Below, piece by piece: positions 53,730 through 64,000 of a stretch of DNA of 64,000 bases (the first letter of the stretch is position 1; every line of letters begins with the position of its first letter). Made by a program: the position numbers and the translations under genes. Source of the stretch: a virus. Lineage: Duplodnaviria; Caudoviricetes. The stretch lies in IMG/VR virus record IMGVR_UViG_3300043427_002668, one strand, 5' to 3'. The notes beneath the pieces were generated by a model that had not been told where the DNA came from, searched no databases, and saw nothing but the letters and a program-made list of their open reading frames with translations.

Positions 53730-54898
53730 GTATGAAGATTGGAGTAATTGGAGCTGGGAGACTTGGAATTTGTTTTGCTCTTCTATGTGAAGCAGCAGGA
53801 TATGATGTTTTAGTTTCTGATATTAGGGAAGATTATGTTAATGGTCTAAATGACCGCAAGATTATTACAAATGAACCAGAAGTAGAAAACCTTCTTCGTG
53901 TTGCTAAAAACTTTAGAGCGACTACAGATAATAAAGAAGTAATTCGTGAGTGTGATTTAATTTACACACTTGTCGCAACTCCTTCACTTGAGGATGGTTC
54001 TTATGATGTTTCTGCTATTTGGAGTGTAGTAGAAGATATTAAAGAAGAAATCGAAGTAAATCCAAAGAAAAAATATTTTGTTGTTGGATGTACTACTAAT
54101 CCTGGTGACTGTGAAAACTTTAAAAAGCAACTTCCTTCCTGTGTAAGTGTCTTCTACAATCCAGAATTTATCGCACAAGGATCTATTATTAACGATCTTC
54201 GTACCGCTGATATGGTTCTTTTGGGGACAAATCCTTTTGAAGATAATGACAGAATTGTATCTGAAATTAAAAAGTTATACGATAAAATCCAGACTACTCG
54301 TGCAATCGTATGTACGATGTCAACAACCGCAGCAGAAATAACTAAGATTGCAATTAACTGTTTCCTGACGACTAAAATTAGTTACGCAAATATGCTTGGT
54401 GATGTTCTTCATCATTCTGGTTGTGGGGATGAAGTTTCTGCTGTTCTGAGTGCTGTAGGAACTGATAGTAGAATTGGCAGAAAGTATCTTGGATATGGAT
54501 TTGGTTATGGTGGTCCTTGTCTTCCAAGGGATAATAGATCCTTTGCTGCATTTGCTAAAAAGGTTGGACTGGAGTATAATTTAGGATCAGTAACTGATGA
54601 AATTAATAATCAACACGCAGGATTTATTTGTGATTATTATGAAAAAATGAATTCTGATAGAAAACCTTTCTATTTTGAATATATCACTTATAAGAAAGGA
54701 ACTGATATTCTTACCGAAAGTCAGCAATATCGTTTATGTATTGATTTACTAGATCGAGGACATACCGTTTACATTCTTAATGATAGTAGAGTTACTCCTC
54801 AAGTCTGTGATTACTTACTTGATACGTATGGGGAAAAAGTTAAATTTGTTGATGATAAAAAATACGTTACCGAATCAATTTTTATTATAAATTTATGA
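53726..54898 (+). CDS. ugd: UDP-glucose/GDP-mannose 6-dehydrogenase
   Basis: GAGRLG, NPEFIAQG, KIAINCF and GYGGPCLPRD. Confidence 0.9.
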   Translation: MSMKIGVIGAGRLGICFALLCEAAGYDVLVSDIREDYVNGLNDRKIITNEPEVENLLRVAKNFRATTDNKEVIRECDLIYTLVATPSLEDGSYDVSAIWSVVEDIKEEIEVNPKKKYFVVGCTTNPGDCENFKKQLPSCVSVFYNPEFIAQGSIINDLRTADMVLLGTNPFEDNDRIVSEIKKLYDKIQTTRAIVCTMSTTAAEITKIAINCFLTTKISYANMLGDVLHHSGCGDEVSAVLSAVGTDSRIGRKYLGYGFGYGGPCLPRDNRSFAAFAKKVGLEYNLGSVTDEINNQHAGFICDYYEKMNSDRKPFYFEYITYKKGTDILTESQQYRLCIDLLDRGHTVYILNDSRVTPQVCDYLLDTYGEKVKFVDDKKYVTESIFIINL

Positions 54899-55989
54899 CT
54901 AAGTATATAAAAATTAGTTCTATTGATCAGATAAAACCGATTCTTAATTCGATTAATACTGAAGAATATTCATTAGTAAACTACATTTGGACTGAATATG
55001 GTTTTCTTGCATTGATGTTCAATGAAATGTTTATTGATTATTTTAAATCTACGGGACCAAAAATCGGATTTTGTTTTCCGGGTCATGAAATATTTTATGA
55101 AAAACACGTAGATATTTTAGTTACTCTCGATGGTTTTATTGATACTACGAAGGCATATAAAGACAATAAAGAAACAGAATTACTTTTAAATAATTTTAAA
55201 AACATATCTGATAGAGGAATTGCTTTCTGGCATACTATTCGTAATTTTGATGAAGATGCCTATGTTTCTATGTTTGATGGGTATGTATTTAAAAATGTTT
55301 TGTATCCAATAGGAAAGGAACTGCATTGGAGTTTGGGATGGCCTATTGGTCCTGGATATAAGTATGCTGAAGGTGAAGATGGTGTTTGGTATACTCCAGA
55401 CACAGAATGGAACAGAACGGGAACGGCAAATTGGGATTTAGACTTATGGGATTCTGATTTTATAAAGGGCGAAGAACTTAATATTGAAAATTACAATTGC
55501 TTTTTTGTAAAAAATTCTTGGAAAACTAGAAGACATTCTTCAACGAATATTGAAGATCTTTTAGTTGAAAGTGAAAGTTCTGCTGACTTTGGATTTGTTG
55601 GATTTGAACTTTATAGTAAAATTGTCAAGTATCATATTGATAACAAGATAAATTTAGTTGTCATTGATGATCTGGTTGAATTTCCTCATGTTGAAAGTGA
55701 GTACATTCATTATGTGACAATGACTAATTTTCTTGATGTCAGACTTCTGATGACAGTAGCAAATAAGTCTAATAACTTTATTAGTAGTGGCACAGGTCCT
55801 CAGGATTTGGCATTATATTATTGCGATACTAATCAGATTGTTGTTACCAACAGTGATTTTATATGTCAAAAAGTGCATTTCTTTGAAAAAATGCAAAAGA
55901 TAAGAAATAGAAAACAATTTTTCTACGATATGAGATGTGATAAACTTGATGACGTGTTGGAATTTTTAAGCGAAGAAACTATCTCATAG
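54895..55989 (+). CDS. hypothetical, possibly glycosyltransferase-like
   Basis: 364-aa ORF coupled within the island; no diagnostic motif recognised. Confidence 0.65.
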   Translation: MTKYIKISSIDQIKPILNSINTEEYSLVNYIWTEYGFLALMFNEMFIDYFKSTGPKIGFCFPGHEIFYEKHVDILVTLDGFIDTTKAYKDNKETELLLNNFKNISDRGIAFWHTIRNFDEDAYVSMFDGYVFKNVLYPIGKELHWSLGWPIGPGYKYAEGEDGVWYTPDTEWNRTGTANWDLDLWDSDFIKGEELNIENYNCFFVKNSWKTRRHSSTNIEDLLVESESSADFGFVGFELYSKIVKYHIDNKINLVVIDDLVEFPHVESEYIHYVTMTNFLDVRLLMTVANKSNNFISSGTGPQDLALYYCDTNQIVVTNSDFICQKVHFFEKMQKIRNRKQFFYDMRCDKLDDVLEFLSEETIS

Positions 55990-55998
55990 GTTAAGTTT

Positions 55999-57003
55999 AT
56001 GAAAGTTGCACTTATTACAGGAATTACGGGTCAAGATGGTTCATATCTTGCGGAATTTCTTTTATCAAATGGATACCAAGTTCATGGTATTATTAGACGT
56101 TCATCATCTATTAACACGGATAGAATTGATCATATTTTTAATAAAATTACATTACACTACGGTGATCTAAATGATTCTACCAATATTATTAGAGTGATTC
56201 AGGATGTTCAACCAGATGAGATTTATAATCTTGGCGCTCAGAGTCATGTAAAAGTTTCTTTTGAAACTCCTGAATATACTGGTATGGTTGATGGTCTTGG
56301 AACTCTCCGCATTCTTGAAGCAGTTCGTCTTCTAGGAATGGAAAAGAAAACAAGAATCTATCAAGCATCTACTTCAGAAATGTTTGGTAAAGTTCAAGAG
56401 ATTCCTCAGAAAGAGACTACTCCATTTTATCCTCGTTCACCTTATGGTTGTGCCAAACTTTATGCATATTGGACTACCAAAAATTATCGAGAAGCATATG
56501 GAATATATGCCTGCTCTGGAATTCTCTTCAACCATGAATCTCCAAGAAGAGGAGAGACATTTGTAACACGTAAAATTACCCGAGGTCTCAAGGCAATGTC
56601 TGAGGGTAGGCAAACCGTTCTTAAACTTGGCAACCTGAACGCAAAACGTGACTGGGGACACGCTAAGGACTTTGTAGAAGCAATGTGGTTAATGCTCCAG
56701 CAAGATGAACCTGAGGATTATGTGATTGCAACTGGAGAACAATATTCTGTTCGTGAGTTTGTTGAAGAAGCGGCACCTTATTTTGATATGAATATTGAAT
56801 GGCAATTTACTGATGTTGGGACAGAAATTGGCGTTGATAAAAATTCTGGACTAGTAAGAGTTATTGTTGATGAAAAATATTTTAGACCTGCTGAGGTTGA
56901 TACTTTGCTAGGCGATGCTTCCAAAGCTAAAGAAAAGTTGGGTTGGAAACCAAGAATTTCTTTCAAAGAACTTGTTAAGGATATGTGTCTCAATGAAAAG
57001 TGA
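55999..57003 (+). CDS. gmd: GDP-mannose 4,6-dehydratase
   Basis: GITGQDG, AQSHV, QASTSE, YGCAK and [17 protein letters not shown]. Confidence 0.97.
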   Translation: MKVALITGITGQDGSYLAEFLLSNGYQVHGIIRRSSSINTDRIDHIFNKITLHYGDLNDSTNIIRVIQDVQPDEIYNLGAQSHVKVSFETPEYTGMVDGLGTLRILEAVRLLGMEKKTRIYQASTSEMFGKVQEIPQKETTPFYPRSPYGCAKLYAYWTTKNYREAYGIYACSGILFNHESPRRGETFVTRKITRGLKAMSEGRQTVLKLGNLNAKRDWGHAKDFVEAMWLMLQQDEPEDYVIATGEQYSVREFVEEAAPYFDMNIEWQFTDVGTEIGVDKNSGLVRVIVDEKYFRPAEVDTLLGDASKAKEKLGWKPRISFKELVKDMCLNEK

Positions 57004-57919
57004 TTCTAGAATCTTAGTTGCTGGTGCCAACGGAATGGTTGGTTCTGCAATTGTTCGAAATCTTGAAAGTAAAGGTTACACAAATATTATGAAAGGCACC
57101 CGTCATCTTGTAGATTTTACAAATCAACAAGCAACTGATGATTTTATTGAATCTGTAAGACCTGAGTATGTTTTTTTAACTGCAGCAAAGTGCGGTGGAA
57201 TACTGGATAATATTAACAATCCGGTGAATTATTTGTTGGATAATCTAAACATTCAAAATAATGTAATTTCATCTTCTCATAAGTATGATGTTAAGAAGTT
57301 AATGTTTTTTGCTTCTTCCTGCGTTTATCCTAAAGAAAGTCCTATGCCCATAAAGGAAGAAAATCTAATGATGGGTAACTTTCAAAAAACTCACGAGTTT
57401 TATTCAATTGCTAAAGTATCTGGAATTAAACTTTGTGAGGCATATCAAAAACAATATGGATCTGACTTTATTTCTGTGAATCCTTGCAACATATATGGAA
57501 TAGAAAATAAAGTCGATTCTCCAAACGCACACGTAATGTCAAGTTTGGTCTATAGAATTTGGAAAGCAAAAAAAGATAACGTTCCTCAAGTTGAATGTTT
57601 TGGTGACGGATCTCCAAAAAGAGAGTTTTTGTATTCTGATGATCTCGCTGATGCTGCAATATTTTTAATGACTCAAAAAACAGATTCGTTTATTAATATT
57701 GGAACTGGTATTGAAACTAGTATTGTGGAGTTAGTAGATGAGATTTGCAATATTATTGAATATAGTGGTAAAATAGTATGGGATACATCAAAACCAAACG
57801 GAGCACCAAGAAGAGTTTTGGATGTTAGTAAATTGAACTCTCTAGGGTGGAAACCAAAAACTTCCTTAAGAGGAGGTATTGTAAAAATTGTTAATCATTT
57901 AAATCAGAATTATGTCTAA
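56993..57919 (+). CDS. fcl: GDP-L-fucose synthase/ColC-like epimerase-reductase
   Basis: GANGMVG, AAKCGGI, SSCVYP, YSIAK, HV and [10 protein letters not shown]. Confidence 0.9.
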   Translation: MKSDSRILVAGANGMVGSAIVRNLESKGYTNIMKGTRHLVDFTNQQATDDFIESVRPEYVFLTAAKCGGILDNINNPVNYLLDNLNIQNNVISSSHKYDVKKLMFFASSCVYPKESPMPIKEENLMMGNFQKTHEFYSIAKVSGIKLCEAYQKQYGSDFISVNPCNIYGIENKVDSPNAHVMSSLVYRIWKAKKDNVPQVECFGDGSPKREFLYSDDLADAAIFLMTQKTDSFINIGTGIETSIVELVDEICNIIEYSGKIVWDTSKPNGAPRRVLDVSKLNSLGWKPKTSLRGGIVKIVNHLNQNYV

Positions 57920-59078
57920 ATCAACTTGGCCACTGATGGAAAACACGATTACGTTTTCTGATCGTTTTAAGATGGCATTGTTTCTTCTCACTAGTGACAA
58001 ACTTACTAATGGACCAAAAGTTCGTGAATTTGAAAATAAGTGGTCTGAGTGGTTAGGTGTTAAACATTCTTTATATGTTTCTAGCGGCAGCACCGCAAAT
58101 ACTTTGCTTGTTTCTGCCGTAAAGGAATATTATGGATTAAAGGATGGGGATAAAGTTCTTGTTCCATCTTGTACTTGGATGACTAATATTGCTCCTGTAA
58201 TTCAAGCAAATCTTCAACCTATTTTTTGTGATATTAATCTTAGAAATTTTTCTTTTGATATTGATGAATTAAAGTATATTGCATCCGAACATCCGGATAT
58301 TAAAGCAGTCTTCATCACACATTTGATTGGACTTTCTTCTAATGTGGAAAAGGTTCGTGAAATTTTTCCAAACGTATTGGTTATGGAAGATATATGCGAA
58401 TCACATGGTGTACGAGGGCCTGATGGAAATAAACGTGGAATAAATTCTGTAGGATCGACTTTTAGTTTTTATTTCGGACATCATATTACAACAATCGAAG
58501 GTGGTGTTGTTTGTACGAATAATACCGAACTTTATGAGTTGATGAGAATGAAGCGTAGTCATGGTATGGCAAGGGAAGCATCTCCTCATATGTTTAAAAA
58601 GTATTCCGAAGAAAATCCAGATATTGATCCAACCTTTTTGTTTATGACAGAAGGGTTTAATCTTAGAAATCATGAGGTTTGTGCTGTTCTTGGATTGTCT
58701 CAGTTGAAAAAGTTGGATAAAAACATCCAGATTCGCAAAGAAAATTTTAAGTATTGGTGGGAAAAAATTTTTAAATCCGAGTCCTATTTTATCCCAGAAT
58801 ACCAAAGGGGAAATAGTAGTTTTTGTTTTCCTATTATCACCAAAGAAAGTTCTTCTATTTCCTTGGTGAAAGAAAAATTAAAAATGAGTGGCATAGAATA
58901 TCGCCCTATCATTAGTGGAAATATTCTTCTACATCCTGCATTTAAAAATTATAAACTTTGTACCAAAAAAGAAACTCCCAATGTCCTTACTCTTCACCAA
59001 AACGGTGTGTATGTTGGTAATAGTCAGTTCGTAAACAAAGAAAGAATTGATAAATTAATTTCAATAATGGATGTATAA
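57912..59078 (+). CDS. PLP-dependent GDP-4-keto-6-deoxymannose 3-dehydratase (ColD-like)
   Basis: DegT fold; VSSGSTAN, EDICES and SFYFGHHITTIEGG (His where aminotransferases have Lys); RPIISGN. Confidence 0.8.
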   Translation: MSKSTWPLMENTITFSDRFKMALFLLTSDKLTNGPKVREFENKWSEWLGVKHSLYVSSGSTANTLLVSAVKEYYGLKDGDKVLVPSCTWMTNIAPVIQANLQPIFCDINLRNFSFDIDELKYIASEHPDIKAVFITHLIGLSSNVEKVREIFPNVLVMEDICESHGVRGPDGNKRGINSVGSTFSFYFGHHITTIEGGVVCTNNTELYELMRMKRSHGMAREASPHMFKKYSEENPDIDPTFLFMTEGFNLRNHEVCAVLGLSQLKKLDKNIQIRKENFKYWWEKIFKSESYFIPEYQRGNSSFCFPIITKESSSISLVKEKLKMSGIEYRPIISGNILLHPAFKNYKLCTKKETPNVLTLHQNGVYVGNSQFVNKERIDKLISIMDV

Positions 59079-59103
59079 TATATAAATCTGAACTAAATTA
59101 ATC

Positions 59104-60066
59104 ATGAACAAAACTATAAACTTTTTTAATGGATTTCACTGCGGTGATTTATTTTCTAGTAAAGAATTTGTCAGACAAATAACAACAGAATTAACTGGAT
59201 TCAATTTTGGATATTATCACGAAAATCATCCAAAGGTTTTATTGGATTTGAATATTCCTTGTTTGGGTCAATATAAGTTAGAACACAACGTACATAAATT
59301 TGTAGAAGAAGAGAATACTCTCAATATTAATACTTGGAGTGGAGCTTATTCTCCAGCTTGTTCTTTTGAACCTCCATATTTTCAAGTTGATGGTATTGGA
59401 ATAAGTTTGGATCTTCTTTGTCTGGAATGGGAGTTTATTTTTCAGAAAATTAATGATACTTTTGGGACTTCTTTGAAGTTAAAGGAAAAGTCTAATTATG
59501 TTCCTGAAATTAACTTTGAATGTTTTAATTTAGAAAATCATAAAAAGTTTTTGGAAGAAAGAGGAAACACCAAGAAAATATTATTTTGTAATGGATTTCC
59601 AATGTCAGGACAGTCAATTCCTGGTGATATGAAAGATATTATTTTGTATTTTGCCGAAAAGTATCCTGAGTATGATTTTATTTGTACTAAGAAATTTGAT
59701 AGTGAAATTAAAAATATATTGTTTACTGACGACATTACCGTCAAATATGATATTCCTATTCGCCTTAACATCCCTTGGAATGATAGAACAAATGGTATTT
59801 GTGATTTGAATGAAATTTCTTATTTGAGTAATTTTTGTGATCTTATAATCGGAAAGCAATCTGGTCCTTTTTGTTTTTGTGCCACAAAGGATAACTTTAT
59901 GAATAAGAATAAACATATAATTTCATTTAATAATAATCCCACTGATTCTCTTGCACATAATCTGGATGTTGAATGTGATTATTTTCTTTGCAGTGAATTT
60001 GAAAGATTTTGTAATGATACACAATACGTTATGGACATCATTGAGGAAAAAATAAATATAATTTAA
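59104..60066 (+). CDS. glycosyltransferase-like hypothetical
   Basis: HCGDLF N-terminus; DLNEISYLSNFCDLIIGKQSGP (GT9-like tail). Confidence 0.55.
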   Translation: MNKTINFFNGFHCGDLFSSKEFVRQITTELTGFNFGYYHENHPKVLLDLNIPCLGQYKLEHNVHKFVEEENTLNINTWSGAYSPACSFEPPYFQVDGIGISLDLLCLEWEFIFQKINDTFGTSLKLKEKSNYVPEINFECFNLENHKKFLEERGNTKKILFCNGFPMSGQSIPGDMKDIILYFAEKYPEYDFICTKKFDSEIKNILFTDDITVKYDIPIRLNIPWNDRTNGICDLNEISYLSNFCDLIIGKQSGPFCFCATKDNFMNKNKHIISFNNNPTDSLAHNLDVECDYFLCSEFERFCNDTQYVMDIIEEKINII

Positions 60067-60074
60067 ATGTTTTC

Positions 60075-60103
60075 TTGACATTTTTGCTTTTACATATTAC
60101 TAT
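60075..60103 (+). promoter_or_regulatory. internal sigma70 promoter
   Basis: TTGACA-N17-TACTAT. Confidence 0.7.
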
Positions 60104-60123
60104 ACATAGAGGTTTTATTTTTT

Positions 60124-61209
60124 ATGAAAATGGGTCAATATAAAAAAACTGCTCTTGTTTGCGGTGCTGGTGGATTTATTGGAAGTCATATGGTTAAAAG
60201 ACTTCGTTCGGAAGGATACTGGGTTCGTGGTGTTGATATTAAGTATCCTGAGTATTCTAAAACACAAGCAAACGAATTTATTGTTGGAGATCTGACTGAT
60301 TTTGATTTTGTTACCAGAATTATTGAATATAAAGGTGAGTCTGGTAATTTCCACAATTTGGTTCCGGAAAAATATGTGGATTCTTTTGATGAGATCTATC
60401 AGTATGCTGCTGATATGGGTGGAGCTGGATATATTTTCAGTGGAGAAAATGATTCTGAGGTAATGTATAATTCTGCTACTATCAACCTCAATATTCTAAA
60501 AGCTCAACTGAATCTTAATACTCGAAAGGAAGTTAATAAGACTAAGATTTTCTACAGTAGCAGTGCATGTATGTATCCAGAGTACGCTCAAATGGATGTA
60601 AACAATCCTGGACTAAAAGAATCGGATGCTTATCCTGCTGGACCTGATTCTGAATATGGTTGGGAAAAACTATTCTCTGAGCGACTGTACTTGGCATTTA
60701 ATCGCAATCACGAAATTCCTTGCCGTATTGCACGTTTCCATAACATCTATGGTCCTGAGAGCACTTGGGAAGGTGGTAAAGAGAAGTCTCCTGCTGCAAT
60801 GTGTCGTAAAGTGGCATATGCAGAAGATGGCGGTGAAGTTGAGATTTGGGGCGATGGAGAACAAACTCGTTCATTCTTGTATATTGATGAGTGTCTGGAA
60901 GCAACACGTCGTCTAATGGAGTCTGACTTCTTGGGACCTATTAACATTGGTTCTGAGGAAATGGTTACGATTAATCAACTAGCAGATATTGCCGCTAAAG
61001 TTGCTGGTAAGACAATCACCAAAAAGCACATTGATGGTCCTCTTGGTGTTCGTGGTCGCAATTCAAATAATGATCTGATTCGTGAAAAACTTCAATGGGA
61101 TTATGGAATGTCTCTTGAGGAAGGTATTGCCAAGACTTATGATTGGATTTCATACCAGATTGAAAAAAAGGAAAGACTTGCTAATTGGGAACCACTTCCT
61201 AACTTCTGA
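60124..61209 (+). CDS. GDP-mannose 3,5-epimerase-like (GME)
   Basis: GAGGFIG, AADMGGAG, SSACMYP, YGWEK, GGKEKSPAAMCRK and GVRGRNSNN. Confidence 0.88.
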   Translation: MKMGQYKKTALVCGAGGFIGSHMVKRLRSEGYWVRGVDIKYPEYSKTQANEFIVGDLTDFDFVTRIIEYKGESGNFHNLVPEKYVDSFDEIYQYAADMGGAGYIFSGENDSEVMYNSATINLNILKAQLNLNTRKEVNKTKIFYSSSACMYPEYAQMDVNNPGLKESDAYPAGPDSEYGWEKLFSERLYLAFNRNHEIPCRIARFHNIYGPESTWEGGKEKSPAAMCRKVAYAEDGGEVEIWGDGEQTRSFLYIDECLEATRRLMESDFLGPINIGSEEMVTINQLADIAAKVAGKTITKKHIDGPLGVRGRNSNNDLIREKLQWDYGMSLEEGIAKTYDWISYQIEKKERLANWEPLPNF

Positions 61210-61231
61210 TATTAATAGTAGAGAGTAAACT

Positions 61232-62101
61232 GTGATTGGATATAATCGTCTTGGAACAAATGGACGTTTGGGAAACCAAATGTTTCAATATGCTGCTCTG
61301 AGAGGAATTGCATCAAACAATAACTTGGAATGGTGCATTCCTCCAGAGGATACTCCTACATATGCAAATTATGGTCTTTTTGAAGCATTTAAACTTACTA
61401 ATTTAAAACATACAGGTCTAGTTAATGGTCCAACTTATGATGAACCTGGATTTGAATTTGATGAAAAACTATTTAACGATTGTCCTGATAATGTAAATAT
61501 TGATGGATATCGTCAAAGTGAAAAATATTTCAAACATATTGAAGAGTCTATTCGTGAAGACTATCAATTTAAAGATGATATCTATGAACCTTGTGCTGAG
61601 TTTATGAGTCAGTTTAAGGGAGATATTACCTTACTTCACATTCGTAGGGGAGATAATACTGGTCGTCCAAATTGGTATCCAATGCCAACAATAGAACATT
61701 ATGAATATCTTTTTGAAAAATATTTCACGGACAATCAACCAGTTTTAATTTGTTCTGATGATCTTGACTGGGTAAAGGAACAAAAACTATTTCAAAGTGA
61801 TAGATTTTATCTATCTGAAACGAGGGTTTATTATCCTCATCAAACTTTAAATGGTGCAGGACAAATGGAAAGATCATTAGTTCCATTTTATGATCTATGT
61901 TTAATGTCTATGTGTAGTAATGCCATTATTGCAAATAGCTCTCTATCTTGGTGGGGTGCTTGGTTGCAAAAAAATTCAAACAAAAAAGTTATTACTCAAA
62001 CTCCTTGGTTTGGTAAAAATCTTTCATTTAATAATCTTAAAGATTTAATTCCAGAATCTTGGATCATTGAACCAATTCCAGAGGAGAGAATACAAAAATG
62101 A
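61232..62101 (+). CDS. GT11 alpha-1,2-fucosyl/colitosyltransferase-like
   Basis: GRLGNQMFQYA, HIRRGD, SDD and ANSSLSWWGAWL. Confidence 0.9.
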   Translation: MIGYNRLGTNGRLGNQMFQYAALRGIASNNNLEWCIPPEDTPTYANYGLFEAFKLTNLKHTGLVNGPTYDEPGFEFDEKLFNDCPDNVNIDGYRQSEKYFKHIEESIREDYQFKDDIYEPCAEFMSQFKGDITLLHIRRGDNTGRPNWYPMPTIEHYEYLFEKYFTDNQPVLICSDDLDWVKEQKLFQSDRFYLSETRVYYPHQTLNGAGQMERSLVPFYDLCLMSMCSNAIIANSSLSWWGAWLQKNSNKKVITQTPWFGKNLSFNNLKDLIPESWIIEPIPEERIQK

Positions 62102-62904
62102 TGGACTTAACTTTTTTAATTCCAACTAGAATTGAGACTGAAGATAGATTGAGAAATATCATTTCTTCAGTCTCTTATTTGCTTAGACATATTCCTGCAA
62201 AGGTAATAGTCAAAGAAGTTTCAAGTCGTCCTACATTTCAGTTTAGAGCAGTTCCTGAAATTAGAAAATATGTGGATACTTCAAATCTTGAGTATTTGTA
62301 TGAAGAGTCTCAAGAACCCCTTTTTTGTAAAAGTAAAGTTTTAAATGATTTAATTGTTGCATCATCTACAAAAGTTGTTGCAAATTATGATGCTGATTGT
62401 ATTCTTCCAATCGATTCATATTATCAGGCATATACTGCAATTAATGAGGATCGAGTAGATGTAGTCTATCCTTATGGATGCGGAATTTATCAATGGAAAG
62501 CATCATACGGTCCAGAGATCTATGAGAGATTTGTAAGCACTTTGGATACCTCTATTTTAGATCAGAATAAATCACTTTCTAACTCCACTATTGGATGGAC
62601 TCAATTTGTAAACCGAAAGAAGTATATTGAGTCTTATATGATGAATGAAAACTTTATTTCCTGGGGATGTGAGGATGATGAATTTTATTATCGTATGAGC
62701 GTTCTTGGTAATCGTATTGGAAGAATTGATAATTATGTCTACCATTTAGAACACTCAAGAACTCATAATTCTTGGTTTAGCAACCCCAACTTTAATAATA
62801 ACTACCATCTTTGGAATCAAATTAAAACATTTGACAGAAATCAATTGATGGGATATTATGAAAATCAGGACTATGTAAAAAATCGCAGAAGTCAAATACG
62901 ATGA
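62098..62904 (+). CDS. GT-A glycosyltransferase (GT2/GT7C-like)
   Basis: NYDADC DxD motif; NENFISWGCEDDEF. Confidence 0.8.
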   Translation: MMDLTFLIPTRIETEDRLRNIISSVSYLLRHIPAKVIVKEVSSRPTFQFRAVPEIRKYVDTSNLEYLYEESQEPLFCKSKVLNDLIVASSTKVVANYDADCILPIDSYYQAYTAINEDRVDVVYPYGCGIYQWKASYGPEIYERFVSTLDTSILDQNKSLSNSTIGWTQFVNRKKYIESYMMNENFISWGCEDDEFYYRMSVLGNRIGRIDNYVYHLEHSRTHNSWFSNPNFNNNYHLWNQIKTFDRNQLMGYYENQDYVKNRRSQIR

Positions 62905-63725
62905 TTGGTTTTAATGCACTAGGTAGAATGGGACGTTTGGCAAACCAAATGTTTCAGTATGCCTCACTTAAAGGAATTGCGAGAAATGTAGGAGCAGATA
63001 TTTGTATTCCAAATCATTCTCAAGCAGTTGATGATGGTATCGGCAACAAACTCAGAACAGAACTTTTTGATTCTTTTGATCTGAAAGTTAATGTTGGACT
63101 TCTGAATAACGGACATTCCCCTACCGTTCAAGAAAGATATTTTCATTTCGATGAGGAACTTTTTTCAATGTGTCCGGATCATGTGAGTCTTCAGGGATAT
63201 TTTCAGACAGAAAAATACTTTAAACATATTGAGTCGGAGATCCGCGAAGATTTTACTTTTAAGGATGAGATTCTTAAACCCTGCCAAGAAATGATTTCTT
63301 CTATTGAAAATCCTCTGGCACTTCACGTAAGAAGAACTGACTATATTGTAAATAGCGATAATCATTTTAATCTTCCACTTGAATATTATAAAGCAGCATT
63401 AAAGCATTTTGATAATGATCGAAGTGTGATTATTTTTTCTGATGATCCTGAATGGTGTAAGTCTCAAGAGATATTCTCAGATGATCGTTTTATGGTTTCT
63501 GAGAATACTGATAATCGAGTGGATCTTTGCTTGATGTCTCTCTGCAATGATTTTATTATTGCAAACTCTTCTTATTCTTGGTGGGCTGCTTGGTTATCTT
63601 CTAATGAGAATAAAAAAGTTATTGCACCCGTCCAGTGGTTTGGTAAAACTGGATATACAAAAGATCACAATACTAAAGATTTAATTCCCGATGACTGGAC
63701 AAGAATTATTGATGGACAAGAATAA
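62901..63725 (+). CDS. GT11 alpha-1,2-fucosyl/colitosyltransferase-like
   Basis: GRLANQMFQYA, HVRRTDY, FSDD and ANSSYSWWAAWL. Confidence 0.9.
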   Translation: MIGFNALGRMGRLANQMFQYASLKGIARNVGADICIPNHSQAVDDGIGNKLRTELFDSFDLKVNVGLLNNGHSPTVQERYFHFDEELFSMCPDHVSLQGYFQTEKYFKHIESEIREDFTFKDEILKPCQEMISSIENPLALHVRRTDYIVNSDNHFNLPLEYYKAALKHFDNDRSVIIFSDDPEWCKSQEIFSDDRFMVSENTDNRVDLCLMSLCNDFIIANSSYSWWAAWLSSNENKKVIAPVQWFGKTGYTKDHNTKDLIPDDWTRIIDGQE

Positions 63726-64000
63726 GTCTGCATATAAACTTAAAGGAATTCCGCAAATTTACTGGATCAACCTTGATGCAGATACTCACAGGCGTGAGTA
63801 TATGGAAACCCAATTTAAATATTGGCAAATTGAGAATCATACTCGTATTTCTGGATATGACGGGAGAGAGGATGATGTATCAAGTCATTTAAAAGGAAGA
63901 ATTCCTGATAATGTGTCACAAAATGAATTGGGGTGTTGTATGTCACATCTCAAAGCAATTAAACATTTCTATGAAAATAGTACAGATGATTATTGCTTGA
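63712..64000 (+). CDS. GT25-family glycosyltransferase (partial, runs off the window)
   Basis: IYWINLDADTHRREYME...ISGYDG...ELGCCMSHLKA. Confidence 0.8.
   Translation, partial: MDKNKSAYKLKGIPQIYWINLDADTHRREYMETQFKYWQIENHTRISGYDGREDDVSSHLKGRIPDNVSQNELGCCMSHLKAIKHFYENSTDDYCL

Noticed and set aside
57912-59078. Perosamine synthase-type aminotransferase
   Set aside because: The catalytic Lys position is His (GHH), which is typical of dehydratases.
1-64000. CRISPR array, integrase/IS elements, rRNA, photosynthesis genes
   Set aside because: None were seen in this window; the three TGGYG hairpin units are not regularly spaced repeat-spacer units.

Overview
A 64-kb segment of a large T4-like myovirus, most likely a freshwater cyanophage. 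Essentially all real genes are on the + strand. In order it contains: (1) the head module, from the end of portal gp20 through gp21, gp22, gp23 and gp3, then uvsY/uvsW; (2) gp55, gp47/gp46, a vWA-peptidase/MoxR-AAA pair and the replication core (gp45, gp44, dam, gp62, regA, hsp20, gp43, uvsX, gp41, mazG); (3) candidate virion/internal proteins, primase and nrdAB; (4) a cluster of about 10 tRNAs interleaved with several unexplained structured RNAs, dps and an HNH nuclease; and (5) a >16-kb AT-rich glycan-synthesis island running off the right end. The main oddities are four. DNA polymerase gp43 is fractured into two ORFs by a GIY-YIG endonuclease, has no intein, and each half carries an added amphipathic helix at the break. 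A manA/wcaG-like cyanophage RNA motif appears to be split into modules by two inserted ORFs. A gmd-fcl-colD-like (His-for-Lys) trio plus GME and several fucosyltransferase-family genes suggests phage-made GDP-colitose/fucose/L-galactose glycans. A roughly 230-nt multi-hairpin RNA and non-canonical tRNA-like elements sit in the tRNA cluster. All family assignments are from recalled motifs; no searches were run.
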